This document shows positions 27,899 to 36,482 of a stretch of DNA of 64,000 bases, one piece after another. The notes beneath the pieces are model-generated. The model was not told the DNA's origin, did no database searches, and saw nothing but the letters and a program-made list of their open reading frames with translations. Made by a program: the position numbers and the translations under genes. Positions within the stretch are counted from its first letter, which is position 1; every line of letters starts with the position of its first letter. This stretch comes from Patescibacteria group bacterium (lineage in GTDB: Bacteria; Patescibacteriota; Patescibacteriia; Patescibacteriales; UBA12465): assembly GCA_041650715.1 (NCBI GenBank), contig JBAZKQ010000001.1, positions 262,945 through 326,944 of the forward strand, in the 5' to 3' direction.

Positions 27899-28747
27899 AT
27901 GGAAAGAAATTTTTTTAATTTCCTTGCGTCGAGTAATAAGCCAGCCACCCCAGATAGCGAAGCGGAAAAGATGACTCCCGCCCATCTGCGGCTTTATGGC
28001 GATAAAGTCATCGATTTGTTTTGTAAACAATTTTCCGTCGAGGGTTTGGAAAATATACAGAAAATTAAAAAGGAAAATCAGACACAAAAATTTATTATTT
28101 CCGCCGCCCATTTAAATAATCTGGATGTGCCGGCTGCTCTCAAAGTGTTCGGTAATGAGTTTAATGTTCAATTAACCGGCGAGTCTGTACTCTTGGAAAA
28201 AATGAAATATTTAGCTCATCGGATGATGATTAATTTGGCGGGCCGGGATAATTTTACCCCGCTTGATTATATTGAGGATAAAGATAGTAAGCGGGGCTCG
28301 TTTAATCCGGATAATTTTAATGAGCTCACGGAAAAAATCGAGGAAGGGAAAACCCCTTGGATTGCCGCTAACCCATTTTCTTTGGACGGGAAAATGAAGC
28401 GAGCGAGTATTGGTCCGGTTTATCTCGCGGCTAAGACAAATTCTTTATTGATCCCGACGGCGCTTGATGTCTCTGGCGGCTCGGTTAATCTTGAGGGCGC
28501 GCTTGAAAGCGCCAAGACTTTAGCCGATCGGTCGCAAGCGGTTTACCGGATCGGCGCGCCATTTAAAGTAGCGCAGATAGATTTATCAAAACTTGATAAT
28601 GTTTTTCAAAAAAGAAAGGAAGGAGTCGAAATTAGTCGTGAAGAACTATCTGAGTTTAGCTCAGTCCATGCCCAGCTGAGGGAGCAGGCGGATTTATTTG
28701 AAGCTCGTTTAGCCGAGCTTTTACCGGAGGAGAAGAGAAGGAAATAA
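27899..28747 (+). CDS. hypothetical protein, possibly acyltransferase-like (HX4D)
   Basis: ORF track. SAAHLNNLD fits the H(X)4D acyltransferase motif, but the other PlsC blocks are not evident and there is no TM helix. Confidence 0.35.
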   Translation: MERNFFNFLASSNKPATPDSEAEKMTPAHLRLYGDKVIDLFCKQFSVEGLENIQKIKKENQTQKFIISAAHLNNLDVPAALKVFGNEFNVQLTGESVLLEKMKYLAHRMMINLAGRDNFTPLDYIEDKDSKRGSFNPDNFNELTEKIEEGKTPWIAANPFSLDGKMKRASIGPVYLAAKTNSLLIPTALDVSGGSVNLEGALESAKTLADRSQAVYRIGAPFKVAQIDLSKLDNVFQKRKEGVEISREELSEFSSVHAQLREQADLFEARLAELLPEEKRRK

Positions 28748-28817
28748 TTAAAATAATAGAATATAAATAAAAAAGAGCCCGTTTTTGAGCTCTCAATATT
28801 AGTTGTTGTTTTACTCG

Positions 28818-29564
28818 CTACTCGTTGTGAAAAACTTTTCCGCGAAATTTTAGTGCAGCGCGATCAAATTTTTGATATTGGCTTGATTTTAGCCAATATT
28901 TTATTTGTTTTAGGAGACCCAGGAAGCCCAGGTGATGCGAATGAAAGACAGTAAAGTTTGTATCCATTACTATTTTGTATCCGCGGTTTATCGCCCAAAC
29001 AGCCCATTGACTATCCTCTCCGCCCAGCTCAAAACCCTGATCAAAGTTATTTAGTTCCCAAAGTGAACGACGTAGGGCGCAATTAGTTCCGCCCATGATT
29101 CCCATTTCTCTTTTTTTTAGTATCCTCGGACTATTGATTCTATCCCAGAAATAATTGGGATAGTAGAAGATAATTTCGGATAGGGTCCTCTTTTTTGCCG
29201 GTAGGCAGTGAGCGAAAACACCGGCGACACTTGGAGCCGAAAAATAATGAGCGGCGCTTGATAGCCACAGGTCGTTTAATGGTAAGGCGTGTGCGACAGT
29301 AAGCACTACGATTTCGTGACTGGCAATGCGGACTCCCAAGTTAATACTTTTTGGAAACGTAAATTCGTCTCTGGGAATATTTATAACTTTTGCACCCAGT
29401 TTTTTGGCGACTTCGGCTGTATCGTCAGTTGATTCGTTATCAACCACGACGATTTCTATCCGGCCATTATATTGTTGGCTCCAGATAGCATAAATGAGAT
29501 TCTTTAAAGCAGCAGATTCGTTGCATGATCTGATAACGACTGAAATACCAGGGTTTGTTTTCAT
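28818..29564 (-). CDS. family 2 glycosyltransferase
   Basis: ISVVIRSCNE...VVDNESTDDT and GGEDS-type motifs of GT-A fold GT2 enzymes. Confidence 0.85.
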   Translation of the reverse strand: MKTNPGISVVIRSCNESAALKNLIYAIWSQQYNGRIEIVVVDNESTDDTAEVAKKLGAKVINIPRDEFTFPKSINLGVRIASHEIVVLTVAHALPLNDLWLSSAAHYFSAPSVAGVFAHCLPAKKRTLSEIIFYYPNYFWDRINSPRILKKREMGIMGGTNCALRRSLWELNNFDQGFELGGEDSQWAVWAINRGYKIVMDTNFTVFHSHHLGFLGLLKQIKYWLKSSQYQKFDRAALKFRGKVFHNE

Positions 29565-29601
29565 TATATATTTATTTGTTAATTTACCTTAGTAATTGAT
29601 T

Positions 29602-29630
29602 ATAATAACATAATGATAATATTTTGTCAA
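29602..29630 (-). promoter_or_regulatory. sigma70-type promoter of the GT2 gene
   Basis: On the minus strand, TTGACA (29630-29625), 17 nt, then TATTAT (29607-29602). Confidence 0.5.
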
Positions 29631-29631
29631 C

Positions 29632-29659
29632 AAAAAACAGGCCAAATTGCCTGTTTTTC
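29632..29659 (-). terminator. terminator after rpmA
   Basis: ACAGGC-CAAATT-GCCTGT hairpin flanked by A5 and T5 runs. Confidence 0.6.
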
Positions 29660-29676
29660 GAAATATTTGTTTTTGC

Positions 29677-30120
29677 TTATTTTTTAACGATTTTTTTGGT
29701 GACTTTTTTTGTGGCTTTCTTGGTAGCTTTTTGGGCAACTTTTTTAGCCAATCCCTTTTTTGAAGCACGAGCCGTTTTGGCCACTTCTTTTCTGGCCGCG
29801 GCCGCCTTGGCAACCACCTTGAGTTCTTCACGCTTGGTTTCAGTTAAAGGTAAGACGTTAACGATCTTGGTTGATTTAAGGGTATTATTGAATTTTAGTA
29901 ATTTTCGCGTTGTGAATTTTACAAAACCGCCCTGAAGAGCGAATAAAGTATCATCGCCGCCAATACCGACGTTTAAACCAGGATGATATTTAGTACCACG
30001 TTGTCTAATAATGATGGCGCCGGTTTTGGCCCATTGTCCGTCCGTCAATTTAACGCCTAAACGTTTACTTTCTGACTCGCGGCCTAAGGAGGTTGACCCA
30101 GCGGCTTTCTTATGTGCCAT
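29677..30120 (-). CDS. rpmA: 50S ribosomal protein L27 with a ~50-aa Lys/Ala-rich C-terminal extension
   Basis: [24 protein letters not shown]...[13 protein letters not shown] is canonical L27. The tail reads ...[27 protein letters not shown]. Confidence 0.9.
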   Translation of the reverse strand: MAHKKAAGSTSLGRESESKRLGVKLTDGQWAKTGAIIIRQRGTKYHPGLNVGIGGDDTLFALQGGFVKFTTRKLLKFNNTLKSTKIVNVLPLTETKREELKVVAKAAAARKEVAKTARASKKGLAKKVAQKATKKATKKVTKKIVKK

Positions 30121-30167
30121 ATTGATTGTTCTACACAGAAAATGCTAGCCAGAAGACTAGCAATCAA
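30121..30167 (-). promoter_or_regulatory. rpmA leader helix abutting the start codon
   Basis: In the minus-strand RNA, UUGAUUG (30167-30161) pairs with CAAUCAA (30128-22) one nt before the AUG. This helix encloses the hairpin UGCUAG-N8-CUAGCA. Confidence 0.35.
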
Positions 30168-30191
30168 AGGTATTTTATGATTAATGGTATT

Positions 30192-30220
30192 AATATAACA
30201 AAGGGACGATAAATTGTCAA
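30192..30220 (-). promoter_or_regulatory. sigma70-type promoter of rpmA
   Basis: On the minus strand, TTGACA (30220-30215), 17 nt, then TATATT (30197-30192). Confidence 0.5.
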
Positions 30221-30269
30221 ATATCTCACTATGGTGAGCCAAAACAAGGGTTTTAATATTTATTAATTA

Positions 30270-30278
30270 TGCTATAAT
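30270..30278 (+). promoter_or_regulatory. extended -10 promoter of the ferredoxin operon
   Basis: TGcTATAAT lies ~39 nt upstream of ATG 30317. Confidence 0.4.
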
Positions 30279-30316
30279 AATAACATAAAAATTAAGAAAA
30301 AATTAATAAAAAAAAT

Positions 30317-30490
30317 ATGGTAAAAGTGGACCAAGAAAAGTGCATCGGTTGTGGTATGTGCTCCGGCATGTGCCCGGAAACCTTTGTTATGGGGGCGAGC
30401 GGCAAGGCGGAAGTAATTAAACCGGAGGTAACGGACTGCGCTAAAAATGCCGCCGAGAATTGCCCCGTTGAAGCAATCAGTGTTAATTAA
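30317..30490 (+). CDS. small single-cluster [4Fe-4S]/[3Fe-4S] ferredoxin (57 aa, absent from the ORF track)
   Basis: My hand translation is MVKVDQEKCIGCGMCSGMCPETFVMGASGKAEVIKPEVTDCAKNAAENCPVEAISVN. The CxxCxxCxxxCP...C...CP layout matches Thermotoga/Pyrococcus-type ferredoxins. Confidence 0.8.
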   Translation: MVKVDQEKCIGCGMCSGMCPETFVMGASGKAEVIKPEVTDCAKNAAENCPVEAISVN

Positions 30491-30500
30491 TCAATAATCT

Positions 30501-30980
30501 ATGGCCGGAGAAATCAGGGTCGAAAAGCTAAGCCTAGAAAAACCAGAAATAGCACCCGCGAAAGTCGAGACGCCATCAAGCCCGGAGGGAAAACCGGAGC
30601 GTGTTTTTTTGCATCCGGAAAAAACTCCGGCACCGGAAAAAGTGCTGGAGAAAAAAGGCGAAGGTAACATCATCGCGGCCGCGCAAGTACAGAGCTGGCA
30701 AAAAAAGCGGGCCGATGAAATTGACTCTATTTTATCCGAGGGCTTGAATGAGGTTTTTTTGAAAATGAACCCAGCGCAGCAGGCGGCTTTTAAAAAATCC
30801 GGTGAGGAAACGGTTGCCAAGATAAATGTCTTGCTGGGGGAAGCTAAGGTTAAGGTGAATAAAATAATTGCGCTTATCCGTCAGTGGTTGAAATTAATTC
30901 CTGGCGTTAATAAATTCTTCTTGGAACAGGAGATAAAAATTAAAGCTGATAAGATTCTTCGCATCAAAAATAAATTTTAA
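30501..30980 (+). CDS. hypothetical protein (P/E/K-rich N-terminal half, amphipathic helical C-terminal half)
   Basis: ORF track. It has 10-nt and 2-nt gaps to its neighbours. I recognised no family. Confidence 0.5.
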   Translation: MAGEIRVEKLSLEKPEIAPAKVETPSSPEGKPERVFLHPEKTPAPEKVLEKKGEGNIIAAAQVQSWQKKRADEIDSILSEGLNEVFLKMNPAQQAAFKKSGEETVAKINVLLGEAKVKVNKIIALIRQWLKLIPGVNKFFLEQEIKIKADKILRIKNKF

Positions 30981-30982
30981 AT

Positions 30983-33487
30983 ATGATGGAATTAACTGCG
31001 CCCACTTCAGCTCAATATTTTCTAAGCATTCTGCTATGGGCGGGTGGATTTATTATTTTCTTGGTGGCCCTCACTCAGGTTTTGCGTCTTTATTTTCGCA
31101 AGCGCCATTATTTTCCGCATCAGGTTTTTTTAGTGCGCTTACCGAAAGAGAAGCCGGAGGATGATAAGAAAATAAATAATGTCCAAACTTTACGCGAAGA
31201 AATTGCCAAGGGTGAAACAATTTTTGCGGCGGTTGGCGGACTGAAGGCGGAACGCGGTTTTAAGGCTTGGCTTACCGGGCGGCATGATCATTTTTCTTTT
31301 GAAATTGCGGCCAGTCATAATAAAATCGCTTTTTATATTGTCGCCCCCTTTAATGATTTACGTTATATTGAACAGCAGGTTCAGGCATATTACCCCGAAG
31401 CGGTAGTCGAAGAAGTCGAAGACTATAATCCTTTTAGCATGACCGGCCAAATTGCAGCCGCGTCTTTAAAAACAACGCGCGCTTTTTTCTTTCCGATAAA
31501 AACTTATCAGAAAATGGAAGTCGATCCACTAAATTCAATCATTAATACGCTCTCCAAGCTCGGCAAAGACGAAAGTTTAGTTATTCAATATTTAGCGCGC
31601 AGCGCGCGCAAGGAATGGCATCGCCGTGCTCGCCGGGTCGTTTATAAAATTCATAAAAAAAATTCAGTTTTGGGTGGTGTTCGTGCGAGCACACCTTTGG
31701 GCTTAGCGGTGGAAATATTTACGAGCGGTGCGCGTCTGAAAAAAAATAAAGAACAGAATGCGGCTCGTAAATTATCTGCCATCGAGGAAGAGTTGGTTAA
31801 GTCCATCGAGCAAAAAAATTTAAAAACCGGCCTCGATGTAAATTTGCGTATCATCGCTTGTGCCCAAACGAAAGAAGACGCCGCTCGGTATTTGGAAAAT
31901 ATCGTTTCTACTTTCAGTGAATTTAACAATTTTAGTTATGGTAATAATTTTTCTCGGGCCAATAAAAGGGCACCAGAAAAAATTGTGGCCGACTTTATTT
32001 ATCGTCATTTTCAAGAAGAGAATCGCTTTTTACTCAATAGCGAAGAACTGGCCAGTATTTTCCATTTCCCCCTGAAAGGAACAGAAACGCCCAATATCCT
32101 ATGGCTTTCCTCTAAGATTGCCCCCGCTCCGGCCAATGTCCCGGCGGAGGGAATTACCTTGGGCCAGAATATTTATCGGGGAATTAAAAAGGAAATTCGG
32201 ATCAAGCGCCAAGACCGCCGCCGCCATACTTATATTGTCGGTAAATCCGGTGTTGGTAAATCTGTCTTGCTGGCGAATATGGCAATCCAGGATATTCAGA
32301 ACGGGGAAGGTGTTTGCGTGTTCGATCCGAACGGCGATTTAATCACCGATATTTTGGATCGAATTCCTCCCGAAAGAGCGGAAGACGTAATTATTTTTTC
32401 TCCCGGCGATATTGAACGGCCGCTCGCTTTGAATTTATTGGAATATGATCCGCATTACCCAGAGCAAAAAAGTTTTGTTATTAACGAAATGATCGGTATT
32501 CTTGATAAACTGTATGATTTAAAGGCAACGGGCGGACCAATGTTCGAGCAGTATATGCGTAACGCGATGCTTCTGATTATGGATGACCCGGAATCCGGCT
32601 CGACCTTAATGGAGATTCCGAAAGTTTTAGCGGATGAAGATTTTCGTAAATTTAAATTAAGCCGTTGTAAAAATCAAACCGTAGTTGATTTTTGGCGTAA
32701 GGAGGCAGAGAAGGCGGGCGGGGAAGCCGCTTTGGCCAATATCGTTCCTTATATCACCTCTAAGCTGACCTCTTTTATTTCTAATGATATGATGCGGCCA
32801 ATTATTGGCCAGCAGAAGAGCGCCTTTAATTTGCGCGATGTCATGGACGGCCAAAAAATATTATTGGTTGATTTGCCGAAAGGGCTAGTCGGAGAAATGA
32901 ACGCCTATCTTCTTGGTATGATTTTGGTCGGTAAAATTTTGATGGCCGCTTTATCACGCACCGATTTACCGCCTGAAGCGCGCAAAGACTTTTATTTATA
33001 TATCGATGAGTTTCAAAATTTCACGACCAATTCAATTTGCCAAATTTTATCCGAGGCCAGAAAATATGCGCTTGATCTTATTATCGCTCATCAATACATC
33101 GGTCAGCTCAGTAAAAATAATAATCATGAAATTAAAGAAGCGGTTTTCGGCAACGTCGGTACTATGGTAAGCTTTAAAATCGGTTCGGAGGATGCGGAGT
33201 TTCTGGTTAAAGAATTTGCTCCGGTGTTTAATCATTATGATCTGATAAATGTGGATAAGGGAATGGCGTGTATAAAATTGTTGGTTGATAATAGTGCCTC
33301 GCGGCCTTTTTCTTTGAACACGATTTGGCCGATACTTGGCGTGAAGCGTCCAGGCATGGCCGAGAAGATTAGAGCGCTGAGCCGTTTGAAATATGGTCAG
33401 AACACCCGCCTCGTCGAAGCGGAGATTAGCCGCCGCGCACGTTTACCGATTGCGCAGGAAGCCTTAACTAAAGTTACCCTAAAATAA
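30983..33487 (+). CDS. membrane-anchored P-loop ATPase, type IV coupling protein (VirD4/TraD)/HerA-FtsK-like
   Basis: N-terminal TM helix (FLSILLWAGGFIIFLVALTQVL), Walker A VGKSGVGKS, Walker B-like FYLYIDEFQNF, and ARKYALDLIIAHQYIGQL. The ~380-aa N-terminal domain is unassigned. Confidence 0.7.
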   Translation: MMELTAPTSAQYFLSILLWAGGFIIFLVALTQVLRLYFRKRHYFPHQVFLVRLPKEKPEDDKKINNVQTLREEIAKGETIFAAVGGLKAERGFKAWLTGRHDHFSFEIAASHNKIAFYIVAPFNDLRYIEQQVQAYYPEAVVEEVEDYNPFSMTGQIAAASLKTTRAFFFPIKTYQKMEVDPLNSIINTLSKLGKDESLVIQYLARSARKEWHRRARRVVYKIHKKNSVLGGVRASTPLGLAVEIFTSGARLKKNKEQNAARKLSAIEEELVKSIEQKNLKTGLDVNLRIIACAQTKEDAARYLENIVSTFSEFNNFSYGNNFSRANKRAPEKIVADFIYRHFQEENRFLLNSEELASIFHFPLKGTETPNILWLSSKIAPAPANVPAEGITLGQNIYRGIKKEIRIKRQDRRRHTYIVGKSGVGKSVLLANMAIQDIQNGEGVCVFDPNGDLITDILDRIPPERAEDVIIFSPGDIERPLALNLLEYDPHYPEQKSFVINEMIGILDKLYDLKATGGPMFEQYMRNAMLLIMDDPESGSTLMEIPKVLADEDFRKFKLSRCKNQTVVDFWRKEAEKAGGEAALANIVPYITSKLTSFISNDMMRPIIGQQKSAFNLRDVMDGQKILLVDLPKGLVGEMNAYLLGMILVGKILMAALSRTDLPPEARKDFYLYIDEFQNFTTNSICQILSEARKYALDLIIAHQYIGQLSKNNNHEIKEAVFGNVGTMVSFKIGSEDAEFLVKEFAPVFNHYDLINVDKGMACIKLLVDNSASRPFSLNTIWPILGVKRPGMAEKIRALSRLKYGQNTRLVEAEISRRARLPIAQEALTKVTLK

Positions 33488-33494
33488 TTTGCTT

Positions 33495-35162
33495 ATGTCG
33501 ACACTCTATCGCGATTACCGTCCGCAGAATTTCTCTGAAGTTTTGGGACAAAATCATATTAAAATAACCCTACAGAATGAAATTAGCCATAATAAATTGG
33601 CGCAGGCTTTTTTGTTCTGCGGTCCGCGCGCGGTTGGAAAAACAACTTTAGCGCGCGTGCTCGCCAAAACGGTTAATTGTTTAAATCGTAAAGACGGTGA
33701 ATATGAACCCTGTAATCAGTGTGCTAATTGTTTAAGTACAGTGGCGGGCCGAAATATGGATGTGGTGGAAATTGACGCTGCTTCCAATACTGGCGTCGAC
33801 AATGTCCGCGAAAATATTATTAGTTTTTCCCGTCTTTTACCCGCTAATTCAAAATTTAAAGTTTTTATTATCGATGAAGTCCACATGCTTTCACTTTCGG
33901 CCTTCAATGCGCTTTTAAAAATAATTGAGGAGCCGCCGACTTATATAATTTTTATTCTTTGCACGACGGAAATCCAAAAGGTGCCACTCACGATTATTTC
34001 TCGCTGCGAACGCTTTGATTTTAAACGCATTAGCGTGAGTGATATTGTAAAAAAATTATCATTAATTGCTGCCGCCGAAAAAATTACGATTGCCCCGGAG
34101 GTTTTGGAAGCAGTGGCACGCCGTTCGGGCGGCCATTTGCGCGATGCCGAGAGTTTGCTGGGACAAATATTTTCGCTCGGTGATAAAAATATTACCCTGG
34201 AACAAGCGGAGCTCGTAATCCCGCACTATAATAGCAACGAGGCGGTTAGTTTGCTTGAGCACCTCGGCCACAAAGACGCGGCTAAGGCCATCGCCCTGGT
34301 AAATACCTTGGCCGATACCGGAGTAAATTTGAAAAATTTTAGCGCGGAATTAATCGGTCTTTTACGTAAAATAATGCTCACAAAAGTAAGCCCCGGTTTG
34401 TCGGACAATCTTGGCCTTAATCTGGGGGAAAGTTTGGAAATTAAAGTGAATGCCATTTCCGATTCTTTAAACTGGGATCAATTAATTATGTTTACCCGCC
34501 GTTTCCTGGAGACTTATAATGACAATAAAAATCCCTTGATTTCTCAATTGCCTTTAGAGATGGCGATTATTGATTTATGCTATGGCTCGGTTTCCGTTTC
34601 GGCGGAGAATTCAACCGGGGGAACGAAGTCTCCGGCCTCGATTCGTCCGACTATTTCGGCCCCGGCTCCAGCTATCAAAAAGGATGAGCCGGAAAATAAG
34701 GTCGCAAAAGAAATTTTGAACGTGCCAAATCCGGCCGCAGTCCATACACAAAAAGTGGCCATAAATTTAGATCAAGCCGAAGTCATGGAAAAGTGGCCCG
34801 AATTTTTAGTAAGGATAAAAAAATATAATCACTCTTTATCGTTCGTGCTGCAGAATTGCCAGCCCCAAGAAATTAAAGATAATCGCTTATGTTTAGTCTT
34901 TAAATATAAATTCCATTCGGATCGGGTTAATGACGTCACCATAAAAAATATTGTGGAAACCGCCTTGGCCGAGGTCTTTGGTTCTGTCTTGTCCGTGAAT
35001 TCCGTAATAGACGAAAATCTGGAAATAAAACGTGCTGAAAAAACTGAGGAGGCGGCGGGTTCTACTGCCACGCCGGCTAAAACGGAAGAGGCGGAAAGCG
35101 CGAAGCCGGAGGGTTTAATCAGCGACTTGCTCAAGACTTTCGGCGGGGAAGTGATTAATTAA
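33495..35162 (+). CDS. dnaX: DNA polymerase III subunit gamma/tau
   Basis: YRPQNFSEVLGQ, GPRAVGKTT, IIDEVHMLS and SRCERFDF. The first ATG is at 33495. Confidence 0.92.
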   Translation: MSTLYRDYRPQNFSEVLGQNHIKITLQNEISHNKLAQAFLFCGPRAVGKTTLARVLAKTVNCLNRKDGEYEPCNQCANCLSTVAGRNMDVVEIDAASNTGVDNVRENIISFSRLLPANSKFKVFIIDEVHMLSLSAFNALLKIIEEPPTYIIFILCTTEIQKVPLTIISRCERFDFKRISVSDIVKKLSLIAAAEKITIAPEVLEAVARRSGGHLRDAESLLGQIFSLGDKNITLEQAELVIPHYNSNEAVSLLEHLGHKDAAKAIALVNTLADTGVNLKNFSAELIGLLRKIMLTKVSPGLSDNLGLNLGESLEIKVNAISDSLNWDQLIMFTRRFLETYNDNKNPLISQLPLEMAIIDLCYGSVSVSAENSTGGTKSPASIRPTISAPAPAIKKDEPENKVAKEILNVPNPAAVHTQKVAINLDQAEVMEKWPEFLVRIKKYNHSLSFVLQNCQPQEIKDNRLCLVFKYKFHSDRVNDVTIKNIVETALAEVFGSVLSVNSVIDENLEIKRAEKTEEAAGSTATPAKTEEAESAKPEGLISDLLKTFGGEVIN

Positions 35163-35174
35163 TAATTAATATAT

Positions 35175-36455
35175 ATGTTAGATATTAAATTTATTAGAGA
35201 AAATCCGGACTTAGTCCAAAAGAACTGCCGAGCGAGATTGGCTGATGTCGATATCACACTTCTATTGGCGCTCGACGCCGATATTAGGGGGCTCATTAGC
35301 AGCTTAGAGACGGGGCGGGCTACACGAAACCAAGCTTCAAAAACCAAACCGACTCCGGAAATTATCGCCGCCATGAAAGTATTGGGCGATGATATAAAAA
35401 AATGGGAAACGGAATTAATCGCCAAGGAAATAAAATTTAAGGAATTACTTCTGGCTGTTCCTAATCTAACGCACCCCGATGTCAAAGTAAGCACCGACGA
35501 AAATGATAATCCCGTTTTGGAAACGATTGGCAAGCCGACTAAATTTAAATTTAATCCAAAGGACCATGTCGAGTTAGCCGCGGAGCTTGATTTGATTGAT
35601 TTTGAACGCGCGACCAAAGTTAGCGGCGCTAAATTTTATTATTTAAAAAATGAGTTAGCTCTCATGGAATATGCGCTAATCCAGTATGCTTTGGAGATTT
35701 TAGTGCGGCACGGGTTTACGCCTTTTATTACGCCTGACTTAGCCAAGCGCGAAGTCGTTGAAGGTATGGGTTTTAGTCCGCGCGGGGAAGCGACCCAAAT
35801 TTATAATATTGCCGATTCGGACTTATGTTTAATTGGGACAGCCGAAATAACCATGGGCGGTTATCACCGTGACGAGGTTTTGGCGGAGAGTGAATTACCA
35901 AAAAAGTATGTGGCGGTGTCACATTGTTTTCGGACGGAAGCGGGCAGCTATTCCAAGTTTTCTAAAGGGATTTTTCGGGTTCATCAATTCAGTAAAATTG
36001 AAATGTTTGCCTATGTGAAGCCGGAAGAGGCGGAGGCCACGCATAAGGAATTACTAAATATTGAGAAAGAAATTTTCCAGGGCTTAGGTATTCCATTCCA
36101 AGTCATTGATCATTGTACGGCCGACTTGGGCGCGCCTTCAATTCGAACTTATGACCTTGAAGCTTGGATGCCGGGTAAACCGGCCGCCGACGGCAGTCAG
36201 GGCGCCTGGGCCGAAGTAACCTCGACTTCTAATTGCACCGATTACCAAGCACGCGCCATGAATATTAAATACCGCACTGCCGGCGGAGATAAAGAATTGC
36301 TTTATACGCTTAATGGCACCGCTATTGCCGTACCACGCTGTCTCATCGCCATTTTGGAAAATAATCAGCAAGCCGATGGTTCCGTTGAGATTCCTAAGGC
36401 CTTACGGGCATATTTACCCAAGTCTTATAAAATTATTAAACCCAAAGGTAAATAA
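35175..36455 (+). CDS. serS: seryl-tRNA synthetase
   Basis: N-terminal coiled-coil arm and class II motifs (FRTEAGS, TLNGTAIAVPR). Confidence 0.95.
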   Translation: MLDIKFIRENPDLVQKNCRARLADVDITLLLALDADIRGLISSLETGRATRNQASKTKPTPEIIAAMKVLGDDIKKWETELIAKEIKFKELLLAVPNLTHPDVKVSTDENDNPVLETIGKPTKFKFNPKDHVELAAELDLIDFERATKVSGAKFYYLKNELALMEYALIQYALEILVRHGFTPFITPDLAKREVVEGMGFSPRGEATQIYNIADSDLCLIGTAEITMGGYHRDEVLAESELPKKYVAVSHCFRTEAGSYSKFSKGIFRVHQFSKIEMFAYVKPEEAEATHKELLNIEKEIFQGLGIPFQVIDHCTADLGAPSIRTYDLEAWMPGKPAADGSQGAWAEVTSTSNCTDYQARAMNIKYRTAGGDKELLYTLNGTAIAVPRCLIAILENNQQADGSVEIPKALRAYLPKSYKIIKPKGK

Positions 36456-36482
36456 ATGTTTAAGTTCTAAATCTGAATTTCC

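Noticed and set aside
29655-29672. A third copy of the TCGAAATATTT 11-mer from the duplicated promoter-leader cassettes sits just downstream of rpmA.
   Set aside because: The surrounding sequence is not similar to the cassettes. Related 9-mers (ATATTTCGA) also occur at 17211-17225 and inside the 19912 gene. This is consistent with chance in AT-rich DNA.
29589-29935. ORF-track ORFs 29589..29831 (-) and 29624..29935 (+) overlap the rpmA 3' region.
   Set aside because: They are frame-shifted or antisense readings of the Lys/Ala-rich L27 tail (low-complexity K/P/F-rich products). They also span the rpmA terminator and the GT2 promoter.
34049-34055. An A7 run (A AAA AAA in the zero frame GTA AAA AAA) in dnaX resembles the programmed -1 frameshift site that yields the gamma subunit in E. 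coli.
   Set aside because: It lies at codon ~186, well inside the ATPase domains rather than after domain III. The -1 frame stays open for ~43 codons instead of stopping promptly. I saw no downstream stem-loop. It is most likely just a Lys-Lys codon pair.
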